Notes: generated from the letters alone by a model not told the origin. A stretch of 64,000 bases of DNA from Candidatus Heimdallarchaeota archaeon (GCA_030149205.1 JASBSB010000007.1:422473-486472); one strand, 5' to 3'; shown: positions 1-10,396, counted from the first letter of the stretch. Numbers and translations: made by a program.

Positions 1-1242
1 ACTCCTTTCAGGGGCAATCTTCAGTGCTTTTTCGAAAGTAGACTCCACAAAGCTTGTCACTATATAGGTTCCAGTAAACTTTCTAATCCCGAAAAACGAT
101 GTATCTGAGACATAACTGCTCTTGAGAGTCTGGGTTGACTTAAGAAAGAATTTTGCAAAAAGCTCTTTGACAAGGTTTTCTCTTGAAACATAGAGTTCCC
201 TGTTCATGCTAAGGACAATTGAAAGGTTGTACTTAGGATACAAAAACACCCCAGAAGAGTATCCAACCCCATCTCCTAATTGACTGTAAACATCTGTACC
301 ATTTTGAATCAAATGGCCCAAAAGCAATGTTCGAAGAAAAAAATCCTTGCTCACATTGAATGCAGGTGAATACAATACCTTGTTTGTAAATGAATCATTC
401 AAAAGCGGGAATCCATGCGGATTAACCAACTGCAGTGCTAAATGGGAGATATCAGACGGTGTTGCAACCAGATTCAACGATGGGTATAGCTCATAAAGTT
501 CATTCTTTATTGAAATACCTCTATAGTTTTGCCCTGGTATTAACCTTGCGGCAGCAGTAGAATTTAAAATAGGTTGCAGAAATGTGTTGCTAAGACCCAG
601 TGGCTTAAATATTTTATCTCTCATAAATTTTGTATAATTTCCAGTTTTGTTTTCGATCAGCATAGCCAAGATAGAATGGCTTACTGAAGTGTAACTCATT
701 AGTTCACCTGGCTCTTGTATCAACCGAGGATGTCTATGTTTGAAAAACTCTGTCAAATTCAGATAATTTTGTCTCTCCTGAACGTGAGTTCCTAAGATCA
801 TACTATCTAATCCAGCAGTGTAGGTTAGCAATTGCCTGACGCTAAAGTTCTTAGCTTCACCATCATATGAAATAGGAAGATTCTTTCCGAAATATCCATT
901 GACTGGTAAATCCAAGCTTAGGTTCCCCGTCGAAACCAATGAAAGTATTCCCAGCCCAGTAAATACATCACCAATCTGGCCAAACCTGAATAAGGATTGG
1001 TTTGTCCAACCTTTACCATAGACTCTGCTAATATTGTTTGTCCCATTTTGTGTGATTGAAACAGCCATTGCTGTCACCCCTTTGCTTGTCAAACTCTGAA
1101 ACTTCTGTTGTAGAAATTGGTCTATGCTTGTTGTTGCATGCTGCTGAACCTCTGTGGGACGTACACCCCCACCATTTATTGCTGTTGGTAAGGAACCTAA
1201 AATAAAAATCGACAGCAAAAGTGTAAGAACCAATGTTCTCAT
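1..1242 (-). CDS. Secreted beta-lactamase-fold (PBP/class-C-like) protein, probably non-catalytic; 3' partial, continues past window start
   Basis: Manual reverse-strand translation from ATG (rc of 1240-1242) is open to position 1 (414 codons). N-terminal signal peptide MRTLVLTLLLSIFILGSLP. 'LFRFGQIGDVFTG' aligns to the class-C 'LFRIGSVTKTFTA' SxxK motif with Ser->Gln and Lys->Asp. 'SYTSVSHSIL' aligns to the YSN motif. Many NxS/T sequons. Not in the supplied ORF track. Confidence 0.45.
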   Translation of the reverse strand, partial: MRTLVLTLLLSIFILGSLPTAINGGGVRPTEVQQHATTSIDQFLQQKFQSLTSKGVTAMAVSITQNGTNNISRVYGKGWTNQSLFRFGQIGDVFTGLGILSLVSTGNLSLDLPVNGYFGKNLPISYDGEAKNFSVRQLLTYTAGLDSMILGTHVQERQNYLNLTEFFKHRHPRLIQEPGELMSYTSVSHSILAMLIENKTGNYTKFMRDKIFKPLGLSNTFLQPILNSTAAARLIPGQNYRGISIKNELYELYPSLNLVATPSDISHLALQLVNPHGFPLLNDSFTNKVLYSPAFNVSKDFFLRTLLLGHLIQNGTDVYSQLGDGVGYSSGVFLYPKYNLSIVLSMNRELYVSRENLVKELFAKFFLKSTQTLKSSYVSDTSFFGIRKFTGTYIVTSFVESTFEKALKIAPERS

Positions 1243-1337
1243 TACTGTGTTTTCTGACAGATGTAGCAATAAAGATTTGCCTCTTTCTCCCTCTAATTGT
1301 TTGACAAATTAAGATGGTGATATCAATTCAGTTCGGT

Positions 1338-3146
1338 TTAACCAGGAATTTCATATAGAACAAATTTTTTCAGAAATCTTGAAATCCTTGGATACATGTC
1401 CTGTAAGGTTTCCCATTTGGAAAATCCATGCCCCTCCCCACTGTAAACCTTATATTCAACATGATTGTGTAACTTCTCAACGAGTCTGTCGGATTGAGAT
1501 TTAACAACTACTGGGTCATCCTCGCCTTGCAGAACAAGTAGAGGAACATCAATCTTTTCTGCATGAAATATTGGTGATCTCTCATAATACTCCTTGGCAT
1601 GTTCTGGTAAGTCCCCAACTAACATCTGATCATATTTTGCTTCCAGAAAATGGGTTTCTTCTCCAAGTGCAAACAAATCTGTAACACCGTATAAATTAAC
1701 ACCTGCTTTCATCTCAGTCGGGTAATCAACCAATGTTTTCAATGTTGTGTATCCACCAGCACTTCCTCCCATGATGGCACACTTGTCAGATGAAATAATT
1801 CCTTCATCTACCAGTTGTTTTTTCAACCAGATTGTATCCTTTACATCATAGATTCCCCAACTGTGTGTCAACTTCTGCCTGTATTCTCGACCATACCCGA
1901 CACTACCACGATGATTAACTAATGCAAGTGTCCAACCCAGTGATGCAAGATACTGTACCAGGGGTTCAAATTCATTTCTTCTCATGCCAGTTGGTCCGCC
2001 ATGAATAACAAAGATGCATGGATTGCCGGGAAGAGTCTTATCTGGTTTATACAGCAGTCCATAAGCCCTTTCCTCATCAAAGGTTGAGTATGAAATGTGT
2101 TTTGGGATAACACCTTCTCCTCTATATATTCCAGATCTGAGTTCATATTCCACTTCAAGTGAATTTAAATCAATGATCTGAATAGTCTGTGGGGTGTTGT
2201 ATGAGGTGAAATGAAGAAGAAGTCTGTTTTTCACAACCGATATTTTTGAAAATGAACCCTTTGGTGTTAATAACTCCTCTGTCTTCCCCGTCTCTACATT
2301 GACTCTTACCAAAGAATTTGCAGCCTCTCTGTATCTAATATAATAAATAAATTTAGAATCTGAGCTCCACGTGTAATCTTTGCCTCCGGTCACCCAGGTT
2401 GAATATTTACAGTCAAAGGGCTCATTTACGAGATGTCTTGGTTTCACTCCATCAACATCAAGTATCCAAAGATTCCAATAACCTGATCTGTCCGAAATAA
2501 AACTAATCCTGTTCCCGTCAGGAGAGTACATGGGTTGTCCAGTGGAGATATTCTCTCCGACCTCTAGCTCTTTAAACTCTCCGGAGTCAAGAATAAACTC
2601 TACTATTCTACTTCGATCCCAACTCATGAAGGGTGTATTCCATGCGTGTAACAACACTCTTTTGGAGTTGGGGTGAATAAATGGGTCGTACTGAAATTCT
2701 GCTTCATAAGTTATTAACTCAGCCCACTTTTTATCCGAGATGTTAAAGAAACCCACCTCCATATGATCCTCCTTCTCCAAACAGAAAACAATCATATCAT
2801 TTACACAATGGGGTGCAAAGGCTTTACCCTGTGGTATCCCCTCCAGCTTTAAGGGAGGTTCATCATTTAATTTAACTATAAATAACTCCCCATTAGAACT
2901 TACACACAAACCTGAAGAATCAGATAGCCAACAATATATCTTTCCCCCATAAGCAGTCCCAGTAGAAAGGGGAAGCTTTGCTGTGACCTGCTTAGGCACT
3001 TTAGAGGAAATATCTAACACAAAGAGATCAGATTCTCCGGATGCGCTTCGAATGTAAGAGATGTATCTTCCATCTGGTGAAAATAAAGCATCTTTGTATT
3101 GGTCTCCAGCTAAAAAAGGTACTAAGGTAAAATCAGTTTTTGGCAC
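1338..3146 (-). CDS. S9 family serine peptidase (prolyl oligopeptidase/acylaminoacyl-peptidase-like): beta-propeller + alpha/beta hydrolase
   Basis: N-terminal TolB-like propeller repeats (SPDGRYISYIRS..., YSPDGNRISFISDRSGYWNLW). C-terminal GxSxG nucleophile elbow 'MGGSAGGY', Asp 'GEDDPVV' and His 'EGHGF'. Confidence 0.8.
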   Translation of the reverse strand: MPKTDFTLVPFLAGDQYKDALFSPDGRYISYIRSASGESDLFVLDISSKVPKQVTAKLPLSTGTAYGGKIYCWLSDSSGLCVSSNGELFIVKLNDEPPLKLEGIPQGKAFAPHCVNDMIVFCLEKEDHMEVGFFNISDKKWAELITYEAEFQYDPFIHPNSKRVLLHAWNTPFMSWDRSRIVEFILDSGEFKELEVGENISTGQPMYSPDGNRISFISDRSGYWNLWILDVDGVKPRHLVNEPFDCKYSTWVTGGKDYTWSSDSKFIYYIRYREAANSLVRVNVETGKTEELLTPKGSFSKISVVKNRLLLHFTSYNTPQTIQIIDLNSLEVEYELRSGIYRGEGVIPKHISYSTFDEERAYGLLYKPDKTLPGNPCIFVIHGGPTGMRRNEFEPLVQYLASLGWTLALVNHRGSVGYGREYRQKLTHSWGIYDVKDTIWLKKQLVDEGIISSDKCAIMGGSAGGYTTLKTLVDYPTEMKAGVNLYGVTDLFALGEETHFLEAKYDQMLVGDLPEHAKEYYERSPIFHAEKIDVPLLVLQGEDDPVVVKSQSDRLVEKLHNHVEYKVYSGEGHGFSKWETLQDMYPRISRFLKKFVLYEIPG

Positions 3147-3184
3147 AATTAGGAATAAACAGTTGTATATTTAAATTATTAGGA

Positions 3185-3502
3185 TTAGCTTGCCTCAGCA
3201 GACACAGCATCTAGAATATCAATAAGACCTGCAAGATTTTTCTCAAGATCAATTCCAAGCATCCCCGCAAGGGCAAAGGAGGAAATGATATTCTCAATCA
3301 ACTCTTCTTGGATGTTCTCTTGCTGCTCAGCAAGTATGGCAGTCTCCGATATCCCACTAGCAAACCTGTTCAACAGACTCTCACCTATCATCCTTAATGG
3401 ACTGTTTGATGAGTGAGGAAGCTGTTGTATACTGCGAGAGTTTTGCCTTGCTTCTATTAATGAGCTTATTTTGTCAACAGTTGCGTTTATTCCTAACATC
3501 AT
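3185..3502 (-). CDS. Hypothetical small acidic protein
   Basis: ORF only; no recognisable motif. Confidence 0.3.
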   Translation of the reverse strand: MMLGINATVDKISSLIEARQNSRSIQQLPHSSNSPLRMIGESLLNRFASGISETAILAEQQENIQEELIENIISSFALAGMLGIDLEKNLAGLIDILDAVSAEAS

Positions 3503-3827
3503 ATGTTTCCCTTCTATACTAAATCTAAATAAAGCATTCTCCTATTTAAGATTAGGTGATATATTCATTAAATAAAATTTCTTATGGAGAATTAAGTAAT
3601 TGTTTGAATATTTGTTTTAGGCTTTGGAGGTGCTAAGAGTGACAAGTCTCCAAAAGTTCCATCGGAAACATTGGGGGTGTCGGTATGGTTGGTTGGGTAA
3701 AGACCGCGCCTTTTTTTGGTTCCTTCTATTTTATCACTCAGTTTGGTAATCGAACTTTATGTTCTTTGATTCTGCAACAGTATAACCCCATACGATAGGT
3801 ATAAAACATTTACCCAAAAGTTGTTGT

Positions 3828-4787
3828 ATGACGAAATTTGCGGTGCAGATTGAAAATCAATTTGGTTACACTTGGAAGGATACAAAAGAAATTATAGCAA
3901 AAACAGAGGATTTTGGGTATCACTCATTTTATATCTGTGATCATTTTTTCCTCGATGATAAATCTGAAACCCTTGATGCTTTGGAAGCATGGACGGTTTT
4001 GACTGCTGCTGCGACCCTAACCAAAAAAATCAAACTGGGAACACTGGTTTCTGGAAATAATTACCGTTCTCCAGCATTATTGGCTAAAATTGCTACCACC
4101 TTGGACCATATTTCTGCTGGAAGGATGGAGTTGGGGATTGGTGCTGGGTGGAAAAAGGTTGAGTATGAGGCATATGGTTTTGACTTCCCCTCAGTAAAAG
4201 AAAGGCTGGAAATGCTTGAAGAATCCATTCAGGTCATTAAACTTCTTTGGTCAGAATCTCGTGTAACATTCACTGGGAAATATTACAATTTGAAGGATGC
4301 TGTTTTCTCACCTAAGCCTTATCAATCAGAACCTTTGATAATGATTGGAGGAGGAGGAGAAAAAGTGACTATGAGATTGGTCGCAAAATATGCAGATTAC
4401 CTAAATCTTCCTTTTACCCCAATGGAACAGATTGAGCAGAAATTAAATGCCTTAAAGGGGCATTGTAGAGATGTTGGTAGGGATTACGAAGAGATTGGAA
4501 AGTCTTATTTTCATCCAATTTGGGTTGAAGATGATGAAAAAAGCCTTGAAATTTATTTATCAGAAGTAGCTAAGCTTCGAAACATGTCAGTCAATGATTT
4601 GAAGGGGAAAATTTTCGATGAGAGGTTTCCAGGATCATGGATTGGAACACCAGAACAGGTCAAAGAACGAATTGAATATATGCAGTCACTTGGCTTTGAT
4701 TATTTCTTCATTCAACAACCCTTTGATAGACGGACTGATGGAATTGAGAAATTCGCAAACTTGGTTATGAACAAATATTTTAGGTAA
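3828..4787 (+). CDS. LLM-class (luciferase-like) flavin/F420-dependent oxidoreductase
   Basis: N-terminal 'FGYHSFYICDHFF' and overall pattern typical of F420-dependent methylene-H4MPT reductase-like LLM proteins. Confidence 0.7.
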   Translation: MTKFAVQIENQFGYTWKDTKEIIAKTEDFGYHSFYICDHFFLDDKSETLDALEAWTVLTAAATLTKKIKLGTLVSGNNYRSPALLAKIATTLDHISAGRMELGIGAGWKKVEYEAYGFDFPSVKERLEMLEESIQVIKLLWSESRVTFTGKYYNLKDAVFSPKPYQSEPLIMIGGGGEKVTMRLVAKYADYLNLPFTPMEQIEQKLNALKGHCRDVGRDYEEIGKSYFHPIWVEDDEKSLEIYLSEVAKLRNMSVNDLKGKIFDERFPGSWIGTPEQVKERIEYMQSLGFDYFFIQQPFDRRTDGIEKFANLVMNKYFR

Positions 4788-4795
4788 CTTAATTT

Positions 4796-4810
4796 GGAGG
4801 TTTTACCTCC
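4796..4810 (+). terminator. Short hairpin GGAGG-TTTTA-CCTCC immediately after the LLM stop codon, followed by a T/A-rich tract
   Basis: Perfect 5-bp inverted repeat read directly in the sequence, lying between two convergent genes. Confidence 0.25.
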
Positions 4811-4995
4811 TACAAAATCCCGTTTCGTCTGAGCTATGGCACTAGATTCTATTTTTGTACTGGTCTGTTCTCAATAACAATAGGTACTAAGATCAATAGA
4901 TCCAACTAATGAGAGGTAATTGAGCAAATTTGCTTATGTTTTAAATAAACTTTGAAAATTATTGCCTTGTTGGGTTCTTTCCTCGATTTAATAAT

Positions 4996-6000
4996 TTAAA
5001 GATAAGGTTTAAAATGGTCAGGAAGTGCATGATTATACAGCATGTGCTTTTCTGGTTTGTTATCTAGTATTTCTTCTAACTGGGTGACTTCATCTTTCGA
5101 AAGTTCAATTTCCAATGCTTTAATATTTGATAGGACATGTTCAGGCTTGGTTGCACCTGTGATGAGTGATGAAACCTCTGGTCTTAATAATGCCCATGCA
5201 AGCGCAAGTTGACCTGGCTCAACACCTTTGTTCTTTGCAAATTCTGTAACTTTATTCACTTTCTCCATTAATTGTTTATCATCAAGATATCTCTTCATGA
5301 ACTCACTGGTTGTTGCTCTTGACCCCTCTGGGATTCCTTCATTGTATTTCCCTGTAAGGATTCCTCCCGCTAGTGGTGACCATGGGACGATACCCATTCC
5401 ATGATACTTAGTTGTTTCCATGACATCTAACTCTATGTGTCTGTCTAACATGTTGTATCTTGGTTGCTCAACTGAGGGTGGTGTTGCTCCAATTTCTTTC
5501 GCTATTCCCACGGCTCTTTCTAGTTGTGCAGCTGACCACACTGATGTTCCCCAATACCTTACTCTTCCGTCTCTTACAAGGTCATCCATTGCTTCAACTG
5601 TTTCTTCGAGTGGTGTTACACTGTCAAATCTATGTGCAAAGTAGATGTCAAGGTAGTCCAAATTCAGTCGATCCAAAGTTCCATCAATTGAATCATGTAT
5701 GTGTTTCCTTGATAGACCCCAGTCGTTGACATTTTCACTCATTGGCCAAAACACTTTTGAGGAGACAACAAAATCTTTTCGTTGATATGTTTCGCCCTCG
5801 AGTGCCTTTCCAACTACCTTTTCAGCTCCTCCTTTGGCATAGATGTCAGCAGCATCAATGAAATTGATTTTGTTATCCAGTGCAGTGTGAATGCAGTTGA
5901 TGGCAGTTTGATCTTCTACTGTTCCTCCATACGTTAACCATGCCCCGAGAGAAATTTCAGAAACCTTTATTCCATGTTTTCCTAGCTTGCGGTATCTCAT
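4996..6000 (-). CDS. Aldo/keto reductase family oxidoreductase
   Basis: MRYRKLGKHGIKVSEISLGAW... N-terminus and AKR-typical 334-aa length. Confidence 0.85.
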   Translation of the reverse strand: MRYRKLGKHGIKVSEISLGAWLTYGGTVEDQTAINCIHTALDNKINFIDAADIYAKGGAEKVVGKALEGETYQRKDFVVSSKVFWPMSENVNDWGLSRKHIHDSIDGTLDRLNLDYLDIYFAHRFDSVTPLEETVEAMDDLVRDGRVRYWGTSVWSAAQLERAVGIAKEIGATPPSVEQPRYNMLDRHIELDVMETTKYHGMGIVPWSPLAGGILTGKYNEGIPEGSRATTSEFMKRYLDDKQLMEKVNKVTEFAKNKGVEPGQLALAWALLRPEVSSLITGATKPEHVLSNIKALEIELSKDEVTQLEEILDNKPEKHMLYNHALPDHFKPYL

Positions 6001-6530
6001 GTTATGATACTTAAATCGGTTCTGGTTATTAAACTCGTTGTAGTGGCAATGACTTGGTGGTGTTAATCACTCTTACAATCTTATCATTGATGCATCTTTT
6101 ACTTGGTTGACATCACAAAGAAGTTTATGGTAAATCTGATGTTTTGGCAGTGATGACTTCTGATGTTTTCTTTGATCCTTTTCGACTTATCGAAGCTGTT
6201 TTCTAGGGGGCAGGTTAGGTCTTGCAATGTGGGTGGTGGTTTATGTGATCGTTTCTGATGGTTTTTGTTAACTTGTGGTGAGTTAGCTTGGTGATTTTTG
6301 ACAATTTCTTATTGTGATGTCGATTTTTTGATTGGATCTGTCTATTTTATATGGCTAAAATTCTCTTTTTCTCCTATTTTTCCTGCATTCTTGTCGGATA
6401 TTGTCGGAAGTTGTCCATGTTCTGTGTGCATGGTTACATCTGCTGATGTCATCAAAAGTTGTCTATCTGTTTGATGACTTCTGTATTGTGAACTCTAGAT
6501 AGAATTTCGTTAACACAAGCAAAAATTCAA

Positions 6531-7619
6531 ATGTCGGCAAACTTACAAGGTCTGATGACTTTACCACATATCATGATTGTAGGAATAGGCGGAACAATTG
6601 CCAGTCAAAGAACAGATGAGGGCTTTAAACCCAGTCTCTCTGTTAAGCGACTGTTATCTTATATCCCTGAGATCAACAATCACTGCACCTTTGAGACAAC
6701 ACAACTGATGAATGTGGACTCCTCAAACTTACAACCAGAAGATTGGGAGGAAATTGCAAATTACCTAATCACTCCTTTAAACTCTGAAAGGTTTGATGGC
6801 ATTATTGTCTTACATGGGACTGATACCATGGCTTATACCGCTTCAGCAGTTGCTATTTTAATTAGAGATGTCAACAAACCTATAATTTTCACTGGATCTC
6901 AAATTCCTTTTTCCGTCTTTGGTTCTGATGCAAGAAGGAACATCATTGATTCAATCAGGGTGATTCGTGAGACTGATTTTGCAGAATCACTTATTGTCTT
7001 TGATTCAAGAGTTTATCGGTCTGTAAGAACAACAAAGCTCAGAGAATATGATTTGAGTGCCTTTGAAACGGTAGATCCATTTCCGGTTGCTGAGATAGCT
7101 CGACGAATTGAGATAATTGATCAAACCATTAAAACCAGAAGCAAGAAGAAAAGTTATTTTGACGGGCCTTTGAACCCTCAGGTTGCATTGATTCGAATAT
7201 TTCCTGGGCTTGATCCCAAGTTTTTGGAGAGTCTATCTGAATTTGGGTACAAAGGTGTTGTAATACAGGGTTATGGGGCAGGAAACCTTCCAATGTTGAA
7301 TCGATCACTAATCTCCTCAGTCGGTTATCTGATTAAGCAGAATATTGCTGTGGTCATCACATCTCAATGTGTGTTTGGAAGAACTGAGCTCTTTCTTTAT
7401 GAGCCAGGGACAGAGCTAATTAAGCTTGGTGCAATTTCAGGGTTTGATATGATTTCAGAATCTGCAGTTATCAAGCTGATGTGGGCACTTGGAAAAACAG
7501 ATGAATTGTCAAAAATATCTGCTTTGATGCAAGAGAATCTTGTTGGTGAGATATATCCCTTTCAACATAAAAGCCTAAGAGAAGAACAACAAAGATACAG
7601 TTCAGAAAACAATCCTTAA
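6531..7619 (+). CDS. Asparaginase-family protein (L-asparaginase / GatD-like amidohydrolase domain)
   Basis: 'IVGIGGTIAS' Thr-containing active-site motif and 'HGTDTMAYTA' second asparaginase signature. Confidence 0.75.
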   Translation: MSANLQGLMTLPHIMIVGIGGTIASQRTDEGFKPSLSVKRLLSYIPEINNHCTFETTQLMNVDSSNLQPEDWEEIANYLITPLNSERFDGIIVLHGTDTMAYTASAVAILIRDVNKPIIFTGSQIPFSVFGSDARRNIIDSIRVIRETDFAESLIVFDSRVYRSVRTTKLREYDLSAFETVDPFPVAEIARRIEIIDQTIKTRSKKKSYFDGPLNPQVALIRIFPGLDPKFLESLSEFGYKGVVIQGYGAGNLPMLNRSLISSVGYLIKQNIAVVITSQCVFGRTELFLYEPGTELIKLGAISGFDMISESAVIKLMWALGKTDELSKISALMQENLVGEIYPFQHKSLREEQQRYSSENNP

Positions 7620-7671
7620 CAAGCTTGATTTTTAGAATTTCTTTTATTTCACTTTTAAACTAAGGCTATGC

Positions 7672-8256
7672 CTAGAGGAGGTAATCACTTAATCTCTTGA
7701 ATGAGTTTCTAGCACGTGGAAGAAATTTATTTTGAGTTGAAAATCCATTGAACAGGGCTTCGACTCTTAGCTTCTCTTCATCAGCAAAGAAATGAAGTGA
7801 TAGAAGATGATATAGGAAGTACAGGTACCCGACTGGAATGAACCTCAGATATTTATAAACAAACTCTGGTGAAAAGCTCTCCTTTTCCCTTTTAATTGTA
7901 ATTAACCCACGTAATCGAGAACAAATGTATTCGAGTTTCTGTTTATTCATGTTCCCTCTGTTGTAGATGGTATCTAAAATCCTCTCGTTTTCCTCAGATT
8001 CTTCAGTTAAGATGTGTTGAAGGAATTTTAGCAGAGTCTCAAGATCATAGATCACAATTTCTTTGTTCACAATCGTATATAACCCAGTTAATCTGTTGTA
8101 GGGGAGGGTCTGTCTAAGATTCTGTTTCTTTAGAACCTCACAATTTTGGCATAGTTTTGTTTCGTTGAGCTTGAGCATCTGAAAGCAGTAATTGCACCTT
8201 TTCCTCTGAAACTTTTCAGGTGTGGGCTTGAACTCTAACAGGTCTTCAAACATCAA
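7672..8256 (-). CDS. Hypothetical protein with N-terminal CxxC...CxxC zinc-ribbon
   Basis: CNYCF...CQNCE cysteine pairs; no further recognisable similarity. Confidence 0.35.
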   Translation of the reverse strand: MMFEDLLEFKPTPEKFQRKRCNYCFQMLKLNETKLCQNCEVLKKQNLRQTLPYNRLTGLYTIVNKEIVIYDLETLLKFLQHILTEESEENERILDTIYNRGNMNKQKLEYICSRLRGLITIKREKESFSPEFVYKYLRFIPVGYLYFLYHLLSLHFFADEEKLRVEALFNGFSTQNKFLPRARNSFKRLSDYLL

Positions 8257-8425
8257 CCTTCTAGCTGATTGTTATTATTTAAATTTAGAGGTTAGTGATT
8301 TGCATACTTTTAGGGTATTCTAATCTAAGCGACGACTATTCAATCATCAAATTAACTGGAAGGATTTGAGCAGATTTATCGATTAGAACAAATGAGTTTT
8401 AAAAGCAAAGTAAATACTAACGTCT

Positions 8426-8779
8426 ATGGATGAAACATTATTACAGGGGCTCATGGAGGTTTTTCCAAATGAGGGATCAGTTGTTCCTGAGATAGAGTTA
8501 CAATTTAGGTTTGGATCACAGGAAGGATTTAGCGAAGGTATTCAAGAGCTGCTTGATTCTAATTTTATGATCAAGTATGAATTTAACAAAGCTTGGTATT
8601 TTAAGTGTAAACGCTCATTAGCTGAGTTCAATGGTGGGGCATCTTCTTCTAAATCTGGTGGTTCAGATAATCAACTCTTGCAGGAGTTGGCAGAGGTAGT
8701 TAAGGTTTTAGCATCAAAATCTGATGACGGAGAATTAGTGGGGAGGATAGATAAAATCCTTCAGAAACTTGGGAACTAG
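8426..8779 (+). CDS. Hypothetical protein
   Basis: ORF; 11-nt overlap with the downstream membrane-protein gene suggests co-transcription. Confidence 0.35.
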   Translation: MDETLLQGLMEVFPNEGSVVPEIELQFRFGSQEGFSEGIQELLDSNFMIKYEFNKAWYFKCKRSLAEFNGGASSSKSGGSDNQLLQELAEVVKVLASKSDDGELVGRIDKILQKLGN

Positions 8780-9422
8780 CTTGAATTATTTATCAATTGG
8801 TTTAATTACGATCGCTCTAGTACTTATAATCTACCATTCCTATCATCCAGACAAACGCTTGTTTTTGTTTTCCAGTCTGACCCTGGTTGTTGCAGGATTA
8901 TCTCAATTATTTATCTCGTTCACGCTGTTGAAACTCTGGTTTGTTTTGGGGATCAGTTTTTCATTCTTAGGTGATCTGATGATGGCTAGGTGGCTAAAAG
9001 TCACAAGGAAGAAAATCATTGATGGTATCTTATTTTTTAGTGTTGCCCATCTCTCATATTTCTTTGGTGTAAACTCTGTTTTTCCTGTTGTATTTTCCCC
9101 ACTATACTTGGTTTCTTTGGTTTTGTTGACCTTTTTGTTCTTTTTACTAATTACATATGACCCCAATAAGAGATTGCTCTCAATTGCATCTGTTATCTAT
9201 ATTCTCCTTATTACCAATCTGTTCCTAAGTGTGGCGATACAGCTTTCTTCTTTCACTCTTCCTCTAATATTGTTATTTATTGGAGTAACGTTTTTCATGA
9301 TTTCTGATGGACAAATTGGATGGAGAGAGTTTAGGGGGGATTTTAAAAATTCTGAAATTTATATCTCTTTTTTCTATATCGTTGGGCAGTCATTTATTCT
9401 CTTATTTCCAATTTTTCACTAG
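8769..9422 (+). CDS. Polytopic integral membrane protein (hypothetical)
   Basis: Six or more hydrophobic helices across 217 aa. Confidence 0.4.
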   Translation: MGTSLNYLSIGLITIALVLIIYHSYHPDKRLFLFSSLTLVVAGLSQLFISFTLLKLWFVLGISFSFLGDLMMARWLKVTRKKIIDGILFFSVAHLSYFFGVNSVFPVVFSPLYLVSLVLLTFLFFLLITYDPNKRLLSIASVIYILLITNLFLSVAIQLSSFTLPLILLFIGVTFFMISDGQIGWREFRGDFKNSEIYISFFYIVGQSFILLFPIFH

Positions 9423-9489
9423 GTTTCTCACAAAATCAAGCTTTATTTTCCTAGAAATATTAATAATAAGAAAAACAACTTAACTTATT

Positions 9490-10353
9490 GTGATTCGTTT
9501 TTTTCTCTTAACTTTAGATGATTGGGTAATGGCAGTTTTTATTTTAATTTTAACCCTATTATTCATCCTGTTGTTAACCTTCAGGTTTAGCAAAAAAGAA
9601 TCCTGTGAGAAGGTTGAGAAGAAGAAAAAGGACTTGATAATATGGAGATTTGCACTTTATAGTGGTATTTACAGTGGGTTGTTTCTGACTTACTTTACCG
9701 TTGTTTACGCCACTCCGTTTCGGTTTTTCTTTCATATTATACTTTTGATTGCGATATTCACCACGTTAAATATTTCTCTTCCCTCTTGGATTTGCAAGAA
9801 AAGAAAACTTATCAAGAATTGTGTATGTGATGAATATCGTTATGCCGATTTTCCCCCAGCTATTGGGTTGGGTCTACTAGGGCCAATCACATTTTTGATA
9901 TTGCCTGACGGGGACAATTTACTTGCAAATCTCGTACTATTTACATTTTTTGCGACAATTGCTGCATTATACCTAATGAAACCTTACAAAAATATCAAGG
10001 CCTTAGACTATCCTGATGAACTTAAAATCTACACTATCACACAGTTGCAAGAGTTTTTGGTATCCGATTCTGCGAACAAGAAGTTAATTTCGATAGTTCA
10101 ATCCAGTTGTGATTTTTGTAAGCTTCAGTTAGAAGAAATGTCTGCGATTCTGGAACAGCATCCTGAGCTTGTTCGGATCATTGATCTGACTTTCCCTGAA
10201 AAAATTGAAGCGTTCGTGTTTGGATTTTTAAATCTAGAAGAACCTGATAATATTAAGACACCAACCAACCTGATTGTAAATCAAGGAATGAATTTTGACA
10301 GAAGAGATGGCATCATTACTCATGATGAAATAAATTATTATCTGTTTATGTAG
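9490..10353 (+). CDS. Integral membrane protein (hypothetical) with a C-terminal soluble domain
   Basis: N-terminal half hydrophobic; the C-terminal ~120 aa is hydrophilic and contains a CDFC pair. Confidence 0.4.
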   Translation: MIRFFLLTLDDWVMAVFILILTLLFILLLTFRFSKKESCEKVEKKKKDLIIWRFALYSGIYSGLFLTYFTVVYATPFRFFFHIILLIAIFTTLNISLPSWICKKRKLIKNCVCDEYRYADFPPAIGLGLLGPITFLILPDGDNLLANLVLFTFFATIAALYLMKPYKNIKALDYPDELKIYTITQLQEFLVSDSANKKLISIVQSSCDFCKLQLEEMSAILEQHPELVRIIDLTFPEKIEAFVFGFLNLEEPDNIKTPTNLIVNQGMNFDRRDGIITHDEINYYLFM

Positions 10354-10396
10354 GTTAGAAAACTAAGGTTTGTAAGGCATTTTTTGAGACTCATTT

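Noticed and set aside
5420-5729. Two plus-strand ORFs (74 and 89 aa) from the ORF track inside the minus-strand aldo/keto reductase gene
   Set aside because: Antisense ORFs embedded in a well-supported AKR gene, with low-complexity translations; they look spurious.
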